35,596 nt of DNA from a virus (lineage: Duplodnaviria > Caudoviricetes): the IMG/VR virus record IMGVR_UViG_3300020181_000022, positions 1-35,596 of that record. The stretch is one strand, 5' to 3'. Positions 1 through 8,743 of the stretch are shown in pieces. The position numbers were made by a program, and so were the translations under genes. The notes beneath the pieces were generated by a model. The model was not told the DNA's origin. It was given only the letters and a program-made list of their open reading frames with translations, and searched no databases. How positions within the stretch are numbered: position 1 is the stretch's first letter; every line of letters begins with the position of its first letter.

Positions 1-2058
1 TCCCTTAGCATAACAATATCTACCAGCCTTGTCCTGAACGACCTGGCGGCTGAACTGCTCTGCACCTGGCTTTGCTGCACGAGATACAATAGTACCATCA
101 TCACCCATCATCAAACCCTGAGCAGCTGCATTATTACGGAATGCAGTGGTTAGTGCATCAATCTTTTGGGTAAGCATGGCAGTTGAGCGAGCCTGGGAGT
201 CGAAGGCACTAGCGGCATTCTTTGCCATAATATTAGCAGCAGCTTCTTCGGCATTTACAGCCTTGAATCGAAGCACCAAATTACGCATACCAGTACCAAA
301 CTTAATAACGTTACCCATCAAGTTAGCAAAAATACCAATAAGCATTAGGAACGGACCAACAAGCGCTGCTCCAACACCCAGAACAATTAGAAAGTTCTTA
401 AGCATCGGGTTCAAACCATTGAAGTTTTCAATCATGCTAGCAACAAAATTCATGATTGGTGTCAACACGGCCATCGTCGCCTCACCAAGAGGAATCAATG
501 AATTTTTGATATTTTCGAATGCAGCCCTAAACTTGAAGCTGGCTGATTCTTGTAATGTTGCAAGCTCGGCTGCTGACTTTTCTGCCATGCTTGAAGCGCT
601 TTCGCCAATCAAGTCCATAGCGGTCTTAGTTTGGTTTGCTGTACCGGTCATAGCATCACCAAAGTTCGTTACCAGCGCAGTTGCGCGGTCGAACTGATAC
701 TTACCAAATGTCTTAGTAATTGCAGTCTGCTTTACCTGGGGATCAATACCATTAAGTTCTTCACCGATTAGCTTTAGGAATGTATATAGATTACCACCAG
801 CTTCTTCTACGATAGCCGGTAGGTCCTTATTTAATGCAGTCTTCCAGTAATCAATAGCTTCCTTAGTTGGGTCAAGCAAAGTAGAAGTAGCACTCTTTAG
901 GGCGTTAGCACCAACCTCAGGATCAACACCGGATTCACGAAGAGCGACCATAAGAACACCCATTTCCTTAGTTGTTACACCAAGGGTACTCATAGCGCTT
1001 GCTGCACGAGGAATTGCGGCAGCAATATCTTCCATCTGAAGACTTGTCTCCTGAGCTACGATGTTGTAGAAATCATAGGTTTCCTTAAGATCATCGATTG
1101 TCTTAATTTGATCACGGAAAGCGGTACTTAGAGAAATAGTCATCTCAGCAGCAACCGTTGGGTCGAAGTCACCCAATGTAGCAACTCGCATTGTTTCCTG
1201 AGTGAACTGCTGTAGCTGCGTTCCATTAAGACCTGTGGCAGCAAGTTGTGACTGAATTCCTAGAACGTCCTTGGCAGCTACTGCATATTCCTTTGTCATC
1301 TGAGTAGCTGCCTTTAGAGAAGTTTCTCTTAGTTGTGCTAGCTCTGCTTCTTTACCGGCGGCAGTGGTGGCTACCGTATCGTAAACACGAGCAATATTAG
1401 TAAGTTCCTTATCGACCTGATAGGCTAATGCAGCACCGGCAGCGGCTGCCATACCTAGAGGCATAGTCATACCTACAGTGATCTGACGACCGGCCCACTG
1501 AGTGTTCTTACCCCAATTAACGGTGTTCTGAGCAGCAGCGCTAATCAACTGGTTGATCATGCCATACTTTACCCTGGCCTTTTCTAGCTCGGGGGTAATC
1601 TGTTTCGGTGTAATGAGATCAACCTCATTCTTACCGAAAGTATTTGCGGTCATCTGACCCAACATAGAATGACGAAGTGCTGTCTGCTCTCTAATAGCCT
1701 CAGCTAGAGCACCTTGACCTGTCTTCTGAAACTTAACATATTCCTTAGCAGCCTGGGTCATTGTGACCTTCTGCTTCTGGATTTGTTCGGTTAGGCGCTG
1801 GGAAGCAGATACTGCCTTAACTGTCTGAACAGACCAATCGCCAGAAGCCATTGCTGTCTCCTGGTAAACCTTGCGCAACTCAGCAAGGTGCTTAATCTGA
1901 TCACGGTAAATATCAGTACGATCCATTGGGTCAGCCTGCATGCGCTGGGCCTGCATAACCTTTCCAAGATTGGCAAATTGAGCCTGTAGCTTTGCTACTT
2001 CGGCCCTTACGTCCTTGAAGTCGGCGTTACCATGAAACCGTACTACAATATCCTGAAT
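1..2058 (-). CDS. Tape measure protein, 5' part (runs off the left edge)
   Basis: Minus-strand frame absent from the ORF track, reading IQDIVVRFHGNADFKDVRAEVAKLQAQ...NWGKNTQWAGRQITVGM. It is Ala-rich and directly follows the tail chaperones. Start is uncertain: ATT at 2058 or first ATG at 1956. Confidence 0.93.
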   Translation of the reverse strand, partial: MQDIVVRFHGNADFKDVRAEVAKLQAQFANLGKVMQAQRMQADPMDRTDIYRDQIKHLAELRKVYQETAMASGDWSVQTVKAVSASQRLTEQIQKQKVTMTQAAKEYVKFQKTGQGALAEAIREQTALRHSMLGQMTANTFGKNEVDLITPKQITPELEKARVKYGMINQLISAAAQNTVNWGKNTQWAGRQITVGMTMPLGMAAAAGAALAYQVDKELTNIARVYDTVATTAAGKEAELAQLRETSLKAATQMTKEYAVAAKDVLGIQSQLAATGLNGTQLQQFTQETMRVATLGDFDPTVAAEMTISLSTAFRDQIKTIDDLKETYDFYNIVAQETSLQMEDIAAAIPRAASAMSTLGVTTKEMGVLMVALRESGVDPEVGANALKSATSTLLDPTKEAIDYWKTALNKDLPAIVEEAGGNLYTFLKLIGEELNGIDPQVKQTAITKTFGKYQFDRATALVTNFGDAMTGTANQTKTAMDLIGESASSMAEKSAAELATLQESASFKFRAAFENIKNSLIPLGEATMAVLTPIMNFVASMIENFNGLNPMLKNFLIVLGVGAALVGPFLMLIGIFANLMGNVIKFGTGMRNLVLRFKAVNAEEAAANIMAKNAASAFDSQARSTAMLTQKIDALTTAFRNNAAAQGLMMGDDGTIVSRAAKPGAEQFSRQVVQDKAGRYCYAKG

Positions 2059-2073
2059 TGTATCTCAACTCCC

Positions 2074-2457
2074 TTATTCTTCTATGACGTAACCGAAGCC
2101 CATCACAGAGAATTCTTCCTTATTTAGTTCAGCCTCGCCACCGGCAACCTTTGCTGCCGCGCGGCGCTTGACCTCCTCAATTCGCTTCTGAATCGGATCT
2201 TTCTGATTCTTCTCAAGGTCAATGCCCTTGAGAGCTGCAGTAAACACCTTGTTTAGTCTATCTTGTTCTCTCTTCTGATCTAAAATTAAATTGAGTTCTT
2301 TGAGACTGAGACTTTCTTCCAATTCATCAAAATTTCTCCATATTCCCAGCATAAATACTTCAGCCTCTAGTTCAGCTAACTCTAGTTCGTCCCAGCTTCG
2401 TCCGCTGCCTGTTCCTTCAGCAGCGCCATCTGAGCCGCTGCCTCTAGCATTTTTGGG
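2074..2457 (-). CDS. Tail assembly chaperone, -1 frameshift extension (gpGT-like)
   Basis: The -1 frame is open from 2457 through SWDELELAELEAEVFMLGIWRNFDELEESL to the stop at 2074. Slippery heptamer C CCA AAA lies at 2457-2451. Confidence 0.85.
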   Translation of the reverse strand, partial: PKNARGSGSDGAAEGTGSGRSWDELELAELEAEVFMLGIWRNFDELEESLSLKELNLILDQKREQDRLNKVFTAALKGIDLEKNQKDPIQKRIEEVKRRAAAKVAGGEAELNKEEFSVMGFGYVIEE

Positions 2458-2798
2458 TCATTCAGCTTGATTCCTAAATCAAGTTCAATTACCTTAAACA
2501 CAGTTTCCATATCAAAAAGTTCAGTCATTAGGTCGTAATTGGTAACCCTCTTTTTGCCCTTATCTTCATCCTCAGGATCAACTAGAACTTCAACTTCAAA
2601 CTCTGGGCGTTCGCGCTTAGTGCATAAACAAACAATATCAAGTAATCTATCAATACCCTCGTCGTCATCCTCAGCCTCGCTCAGCTTAGACAGAAGCTCC
2701 TGACCCTTACGCATAACCTTAATATTAGCAGGCTTGCAAGTAATGGTTGATCCGTCCTGTAGAATAAGCTCTTCTACATCGTACACAGTGGTTGCCAT
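2382..2798 (-). CDS. Tail assembly chaperone (gpG-like)
   Basis: Acidic protein between major tail and tape measure. AAGGAG precedes ATG 2798 (MATTVYDVEE), so the track's 2897 start is probably too long. Confidence 0.88.
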   Translation of the reverse strand: MATTVYDVEELILQDGSTITCKPANIKVMRKGQELLSKLSEAEDDDEGIDRLLDIVCLCTKRERPEFEVEVLVDPEDEDKGKKRVTNYDLMTELFDMETVFKVIELDLGIKLNDPKMLEAAAQMALLKEQAADEAGTN

Positions 2799-2824
2799 TT
2801 TATTCTCCTTTGGTTGGTACATGT

Positions 2825-2853
2825 AGTATACAACATTAAGAATTATGATGCAA
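2825..2853 (-). promoter_or_regulatory. Sigma70/SigA-type promoter for the tail chaperone gene
   Basis: TTGCAT-17 bp-TATACT on the minus strand, just downstream of the major tail terminator. Confidence 0.65.
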
Positions 2854-2886
2854 AATCTTAAGCGACTAAGAATTGCCTCCCAAACA

Positions 2887-2918
2887 GAACCGCCCATCTC
2901 CGAAGAAATGGGCGGTTC
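2887..2918 (-). terminator. Intrinsic terminator after the major tail gene
   Basis: GAACCGCCCAT/ATGGGCGGTTC stem with a CUUCGG loop on the minus strand, followed by TGTTTG. Confidence 0.75.
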
Positions 2919-2932
2919 AAACTTAATTAAGA

Positions 2933-3553
2933 TCAGAGACCGTAATCAAGACCGTTTCTAGTTGCAGCATCGGTAATGGTTCCATAAGCAGAACCACCAG
3001 AGCCTACACCTGCCTTTGGCAAGCAGCGGAAGGAAGCTGGCAAAGTAGTTGCCTCAGCCCTGCGAAGAGCGTGACTGGTGCTTTCTGTCTGAACTGCGCG
3101 CCATAGGTGGTACTGACGCTCTCCAGTAGCAGCAGCAGTACCCGGGCGTGGACCTGCAAAGTATAGCTGACGCTCAGTTGGAGCCTCACCTAGACGACCT
3201 GCAAGAATATCTACAGTTGGGTTAGCACCAGATGCGGTACCTGCCTGACCCCATGCAATCAACAAATTCTCAAGAGTTGCCTCAGAGAAAGTGGTGTTTA
3301 CGGTTACTCTCATACCCTGCTTGAAGATACGTGCGGAGTCAAGTAGCTGGTCAACCTCTACGTCTCCGTAGTCAGGCTCGTAGCTAACCTCAACACCCTC
3401 AGTAGTAAAACCTACGTGAGTCCAACCAGTAGGAGTAATTGCTCCATTGTTGGCTGGGACTGTTGGGCTCGTTGGACGACCGGCTGCTGTTGCGGCTGGG
3501 CCAATGAACACGTTAGCTGCACCAACGATGATGTTTGTATCGTTAAAAGCCAT
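2933..3553 (-). CDS. Major tail (tube) protein
   Basis: NIIVGAANVFIG and GFTTEGVEVSYEPDYGDVEVDQLLD motifs of actinophage tail tube proteins; strong SD AGGAGGTG; expected position. Confidence 0.92.
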   Translation of the reverse strand: MAFNDTNIIVGAANVFIGPAATAAGRPTSPTVPANNGAITPTGWTHVGFTTEGVEVSYEPDYGDVEVDQLLDSARIFKQGMRVTVNTTFSEATLENLLIAWGQAGTASGANPTVDILAGRLGEAPTERQLYFAGPRPGTAAATGERQYHLWRAVQTESTSHALRRAEATTLPASFRCLPKAGVGSGGSAYGTITDAATRNGLDYGL

Positions 3554-3638
3554 GTCTAATTTTCACCTCCTAGTGAAAGAAATGGTTGCTGGCTAGGCAT
3601 CTTCTCAATCTTGATAATAACACCTATACCATTCTAAT

Positions 3639-4178
3639 TCAAAATCTCGGCTCCGTAAAAGCAGCTGTGATAGTAATTAGAGCTTCGTTTTCCTCATTTT
3701 CAGCTTCTGCTGGCATTGGCCCGCTAATTTGAGTGAGGTTAATATATTTAAAACTATACTTCTTTAACAAGGCAGGAACCGGAGGGGTAGTCTGAGCTGT
3801 CTGTAGGTACCTATTGACATTGCGAGCAGATTCGTCATAACGTTCAAACTCACGTTCGAATAAATTGACTAGCTGCCCCATCTTGACTTGATCTGTTGAT
3901 CTGACAGAATAAGCAATCTGATGGGACTTGAGATACCACATTTGTCCAGTATTAATTCTATTCCAGGTATAAACAATATATGGATGTGATGTGATACCAG
4001 CCTGTGACTCGATAATTGTAATAAGATCAGCCGTTTCCTCAACAGGCACAACTGGAATCATGCCGGTTGTCATGCCTGGACCCTTGTAGTTGTTTCTATC
4101 AAGGATTCCTTCGGATGCAATCCGTTCCCACAAATATCTGTTGATAGCGTGAACCGGATGCACGTTATTAATCGGCAT
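3639..4178 (-). CDS. Tail terminator / head-tail completion protein
   Basis: Immediately upstream of the major tail gene, with a PYIVY motif. Likely start is ATG 4178, overlapping the stop of the previous gene. Confidence 0.7.
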   Translation of the reverse strand: MPINNVHPVHAINRYLWERIASEGILDRNNYKGPGMTTGMIPVVPVEETADLITIIESQAGITSHPYIVYTWNRINTGQMWYLKSHQIAYSVRSTDQVKMGQLVNLFEREFERYDESARNVNRYLQTAQTTPPVPALLKKYSFKYINLTQISGPMPAEAENEENEALITITAAFTEPRF

Positions 4179-5001
4179 ATAAATCATCCCTTCTTTTCTG
4201 TGCTTCTCCCACATAATCAATTGACTGTCTTTGCATATCTTTGATTGCTTGGCTCCTACCAGAGTCAAAATGAATTTTATCTGACATCTGATTAAGTGTA
4301 GCTCTTCTTCGGTAAATATCTCTACTCCACTTGACGAACTGACCCCTAGCGTTACGTGGAACCAGATTCCTTTCAAGTACCGGGCGAATCTCGTTGCTGA
4401 AAATGACCTCTGCTTGTGTGCCCCACCACGCATAAGTTATACCCGTAAATGCACCGGCATTTCCGTTATACATGCCTGGCTGAGTAATCACCGGCGTTTT
4501 GCGGAAAATCACCTTCCCATCAACAACAAAAGCCATACTTTTTACTTGACGCAGCTTAGGCTCAATACGAACAGTTTGCCCATATTCCATGACTGTAGCT
4601 TTCCAGGTAAAAATATGCACTCCTTCTTTTACTACCTGCCCATTCTTTCCTGGTTCTAGAAGTTCTGGCTCAATCGGAACCGGACGGACCGATGGAAGAA
4701 AAGTATATCCCAAGGACTTACTATTTCCTCTTCCATTTTCTATAATCTTCCATAGACGCATCTGTGGAACGCCAACTGTGCTGTAATCTCCATAATCATT
4801 ACCCCACTCATAGATATGGTGGAACTTTTCTGGATTGAGACGAGCAGCAAGATCAACCGCGCCCTCATAACGATTCCTCAAGATCGATGACGCATATTCG
4901 ATAGCAGACTCAAGATACTTAGGCGTCTCAATAGCATCAGCAATACCAGTCAAATACCCACTAAACTTATCTGCTGCAGAATTATCCATATCAAATTTCA
5001 C
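4168..5001 (-). CDS. Neck / tail completion protein
   Basis: 277 aa ORF with an FHHIYEWG motif, in the head-tail gene block, overlapping both neighbours. Confidence 0.65.
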   Translation of the reverse strand: MKFDMDNSAADKFSGYLTGIADAIETPKYLESAIEYASSILRNRYEGAVDLAARLNPEKFHHIYEWGNDYGDYSTVGVPQMRLWKIIENGRGNSKSLGYTFLPSVRPVPIEPELLEPGKNGQVVKEGVHIFTWKATVMEYGQTVRIEPKLRQVKSMAFVVDGKVIFRKTPVITQPGMYNGNAGAFTGITYAWWGTQAEVIFSNEIRPVLERNLVPRNARGQFVKWSRDIYRRRATLNQMSDKIHFDSGRSQAIKDMQRQSIDYVGEAQKRRDDLYAD

Positions 5002-5555
5002 TGAATACCAGACCTCTTTAATACTGCAAGATTATCAATATGGCGACCAAATGGATCGAAAGTTGGAGTAATACCTTGAACTTCAAATACCGTTGGCTGA
5101 CCAGTTTCTTCTTCCAACCAAAGCAGGCGATCATCACGACCTCTAATATTGGTTACAAATTGGCTACGGTTAAGGACATACTTGGCTGGAAAAGACATTT
5201 GGATAACTTCTAGTGCCTTGTAAAGACCATCTTCAAAACTTTCTGTGTTAGCTGACGAGCGGAATCCAACCTCAGGAAATCCTCGAATCATACATTCAAT
5301 ATCAAAGCGCCTTATATTAACCTCGGGTGTAGTGCCTGGACCCCTGACAGGTTGGACAACGGCTGCGTCATCCTTCCAAACCTTAATCAAGGCACCAGTG
5401 ATTTCATCTTGTTCCATCTCATAATGTCCACCTTGAAGAGCTGGATCAACATCCACCTTTCCCTCTTCATCGACTTCAATATTTTCAACCTCAAGTCGAT
5501 TAAGCACTGTTGCCTTCATGTTGAATCGAACATCTGTTAGGCTAAGCATTTTCAT
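4998..5555 (-). CDS. Head-to-tail stopper / head closure protein
   Basis: Follows the adaptor; C-terminal PTVFEVQGITPTFDPFG...LKRS motif. Confidence 0.7.
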   Translation of the reverse strand: MKMLSLTDVRFNMKATVLNRLEVENIEVDEEGKVDVDPALQGGHYEMEQDEITGALIKVWKDDAAVVQPVRGPGTTPEVNIRRFDIECMIRGFPEVGFRSSANTESFEDGLYKALEVIQMSFPAKYVLNRSQFVTNIRGRDDRLLWLEEETGQPTVFEVQGITPTFDPFGRHIDNLAVLKRSGIQ

Positions 5556-6433
5556 ATAATCACCATGCCTTGTCGGCGGTATTTTTCTAATAAACCGTCC
5601 GCTCGGGCATTACCCGTGCCTCTAAATGCCCCCTCATTAAAGGTAAGATTCCAATCACCGGCCTTGATGGCCTCAAGATAACGATCACGGTATAGGTTCT
5701 CCCCACTGCCAAAATCATTTGCTAAGAGAAGTGCAGCTTCCTGAACATCCTCAGGAACATTTGGATAACCCCATTCTCCCTCTATAGTGTAGGTAGTACC
5801 TCTGTGGAACTTCTTCCAGTAAGTATCAGGCACATAAATGACTCCACTGACAACAGTAACATTTTCAATATAATCTTCTGGTGGCATTTCCTTAATACCC
5901 ATGTAGTTCTTCCAGCCTAGGTTTAGGTACCAACCATCAGCTGATACAGTAAAGTACGTTACCGGGCCACCCTGGACGGTATATAGCCGGTTAAGGCGCT
6001 GTGGCAAAGCCATCCTTTTTTCACCAGTTCCTGTAACTTGCTTAAAGCCTAATTCATAGCCAAAGCTCTGACCGGTATGCGCTTCAATCACTAAGCGAAT
6101 ATTATTCTCTAATTCGGCAAGTTCAACTGGACCCCAGTTAGTATTGGTAAACAAAGTACGAAGCCTATTGATTGGCACAATGGGGCTACGAACATCAACA
6201 TGTTGAACTCTGCTAAATGGTGTTCCAGAGTCATCACCAGTCCAAATAATCTTTAGATTACCGTCAAACTGTGTCTCTCGGAATGTTAATCCAACCTTAA
6301 ACCTGCCAGCGTCGCCCTGAATTCCTGGAAATTCAGCAATCTTGGCCTCATTACGATAGACGGAAGCAGTCAATGGTCCATCAAATGGATGCTCAAAGAC
6401 TACATCGCTGTTAGTGTCACGGTAAATGCTCAT
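5552..6433 (-). CDS. Head-to-tail adaptor
   Basis: IEAHTGQSF, GEWGYPNVPEDVQEAALLL and TGNARADGLLEKY connector-type motifs. Confidence 0.8.
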   Translation of the reverse strand: MSIYRDTNSDVVFEHPFDGPLTASVYRNEAKIAEFPGIQGDAGRFKVGLTFRETQFDGNLKIIWTGDDSGTPFSRVQHVDVRSPIVPINRLRTLFTNTNWGPVELAELENNIRLVIEAHTGQSFGYELGFKQVTGTGEKRMALPQRLNRLYTVQGGPVTYFTVSADGWYLNLGWKNYMGIKEMPPEDYIENVTVVSGVIYVPDTYWKKFHRGTTYTIEGEWGYPNVPEDVQEAALLLANDFGSGENLYRDRYLEAIKAGDWNLTFNEGAFRGTGNARADGLLEKYRRQGMVII

Positions 6434-6468
6434 ATATGTATTGTACTGTCTCCTTCATTATTTTTCAA

Positions 6469-8727
6469 TTACAACTTGGTAGAACCCAGATACACTGCTG
6501 TTACTGCGGACGTTCCAACGAAAAGGTTTGTAGGAACATCGGAACCAAACCTAACCTTAGCTGCTGGACTAGAATTAATACTTGTGTCTCCACCAAGCCC
6601 ACGAGCCACGAGATACACATAAGAATTAGGAGGAACAGTCATTGTCCTGGCTAGAGGGTCCAGAACCTGCAACGGACCGTTATTCACAGTATAAAATTGA
6701 GTATCCGGAGCGCCAGTAACATTCCAGGTAATAACACCAGTAGCTCGGTTGTATACAAAGTCAGAAATGACCGGTGGCTTTACCCGAATAAACTTAGGCC
6801 AATATACACTAAGATCATTATTTAGGGCTGTAACGCTGCTATTGTCTACAAAGCTAGCGACCAATCCACGCTCATCAGACAGGTTAGGATGAGACTTCAC
6901 GGCATAGTTGAAGTATCCGGGGTCGGGGTCCATCCTTGGGTTACGGTAAACATATCGCTCTGTACGATTGGCAGATACAAGACTGGATACCGGCCTTAAT
7001 CCATACGAATTGTCAATTTCAAAGCGCAAGAATCTCTGACCATCAGAATTAATTGCCAATACCTTAGCCGTGTAAATACCACCCTCCTTAACATAATCAC
7101 CAGGCTGCATTTGTGGAGGAGGAGGAAGATAGCCATTAGCCCCCCAGCCAATCCAGCCTCCAAATCCATTATCAGACTGAGTGAGGCGCATGGAAACGTC
7201 CTGCTTGCCAAGCCCCCAAGGCCCAACAGATTCAGTTATCATCCATCTAGAATCGCTCACACGCTGGTGCACTGAGCCCTCTGCCGTAATTTGGTTATCT
7301 GCAATGGACAAAGACGGGACGCTGGAAAACTGTGTAGAGTCTCCATACTGCCAACCGGTGCCATTCCACCATTCAATTAGGTTCTGTTGGGTACCAGTAA
7401 GGGCAGATACTGGCCAACGGCACCAGCGCCAACCGGCATTTTGATTACCAGTTGCAGAGCGAGCAATACCGTATATGTAAATATAACCATCGCCACCATC
7501 GTAAGGGCTGTAAATTGGACGGCTTCCCGTTTCAGCCGATGCGTAAAGTAACGTAGCAACCGGCCACGAGGTGATCGGAAGATTTTTAGCATTCGGGATG
7601 CGATGAACAGTCCAGCCCGCCTCACTACCCATAGGGTTAGCCGAATTGACTCGCATTCCAAATACATACAAGTCATTACCTATAAAAATAGCATCAATAG
7701 GCCAGCAGAGATAAGATGCGTCGATATTAAACCAGTTTCCTCCACCGGGGGCTCGGTGGAATGTAACTGTAGCTGTAGCCAAATCCGTACCGGTTTGCAT
7801 TGCCAAACTGCTATTAGTAAACTGGTATCCAGAACGAGTAGTTGGCACCGTAGGAGTAGTAGTAGTACGCCACAAAGTGTCGGCAAAAATCCAAAGCGTT
7901 CTATTAGTGCCAGGAATTGGGATCGAGCGGGCAACGTCCGATCCTAACCACATACCAGTATTTCCAGTACGAGGATCGAACTTATTCTCGTACTCAGTGA
8001 TTCGCTCAACAATTGGCTTATCAATTGTAGGAATAATGTCCTGCAAAATAATACAACACTCAGCAGGCCGTGCAGCATTCGTAGTTGCAGAAAAAGTGGT
8101 GGCTGTGCTTAATGATGTTGCTGTCGGACTAAACATGTGAATCGTCTGATGAACGTCATCACCCAGAGTAGTTCCCTGATTAATGGCGAGAGTGGGCGCA
8201 GGGGAGCCTGTCAACGTAGGACTGGTAACGGTGGTCGTCGTTGGGTAAGATGTTAGAACAAATCCTCGTGCACCGCTAATCATTGGAAATCCACCAAAGT
8301 TAGCCGTAACGGCTGTGTTTACAGAAGTATCCGTAAAATTCCTAAAATACGGCTCCTGAAATTCCTCACTGGATGCCTTTCTGTAACCAACTATTGTGGC
8401 AACAGTAGCCGAAGCACCGCTAAAGTCACCACTAACCAAAAAGCTATAATCATTTACGGTCCAGCCTGCCGCATAGTCTCTCCAGAAAACTGCCTGCATG
8501 CGGGGTCCGGTAGCCACACCCTGCGCCCCAATTCCTGGGAAAACAGTCATATAAAGCTTGTTCCATCCAGAAGGCGGAAGAACATTTCCTCCACGAAGAG
8601 ACACACAAAAGAATAACCTATCTCCCGTGGTTGTACCCGCTGGTAGCCCCGGAGTAGCGGTTATTGTCGCATTATTTGTAAGACCATTTACATAAGGGGT
8701 TCCAGTACCCACCAAGGTCACTGCCAT
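6469..8727 (-). CDS. Virion protein with a probable beta-propeller (DUF4185/DUF5005-like) domain; putative receptor-binding or glycan-hydrolysing tip
   Basis: 752 aa. Thr-rich beta-sandwich N-terminus, WLGSDVARS...TLWIFADT and DGYIYIYG motifs, C-terminal LFVGTSAVTAVYLGSTKL. Confidence 0.6.
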   Translation of the reverse strand: MAVTLVGTGTPYVNGLTNNATITATPGLPAGTTTGDRLFFCVSLRGGNVLPPSGWNKLYMTVFPGIGAQGVATGPRMQAVFWRDYAAGWTVNDYSFLVSGDFSGASATVATIVGYRKASSEEFQEPYFRNFTDTSVNTAVTANFGGFPMISGARGFVLTSYPTTTTVTSPTLTGSPAPTLAINQGTTLGDDVHQTIHMFSPTATSLSTATTFSATTNAARPAECCIILQDIIPTIDKPIVERITEYENKFDPRTGNTGMWLGSDVARSIPIPGTNRTLWIFADTLWRTTTTPTVPTTRSGYQFTNSSLAMQTGTDLATATVTFHRAPGGGNWFNIDASYLCWPIDAIFIGNDLYVFGMRVNSANPMGSEAGWTVHRIPNAKNLPITSWPVATLLYASAETGSRPIYSPYDGGDGYIYIYGIARSATGNQNAGWRWCRWPVSALTGTQQNLIEWWNGTGWQYGDSTQFSSVPSLSIADNQITAEGSVHQRVSDSRWMITESVGPWGLGKQDVSMRLTQSDNGFGGWIGWGANGYLPPPPQMQPGDYVKEGGIYTAKVLAINSDGQRFLRFEIDNSYGLRPVSSLVSANRTERYVYRNPRMDPDPGYFNYAVKSHPNLSDERGLVASFVDNSSVTALNNDLSVYWPKFIRVKPPVISDFVYNRATGVITWNVTGAPDTQFYTVNNGPLQVLDPLARTMTVPPNSYVYLVARGLGGDTSINSSPAAKVRFGSDVPTNLFVGTSAVTAVYLGSTKL

Positions 8728-8743
8728 AGAATCTTTTCCTCCA

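Noticed and set aside
146-697. 183 aa plus-strand ORF
   Set aside because: It is the antisense shadow of the tape measure gene.
4179-4433. N-terminal extension of the 3639-4433 ORF
   Set aside because: It lies inside the upstream gene. ATG 4178 gives a normal short overlap.
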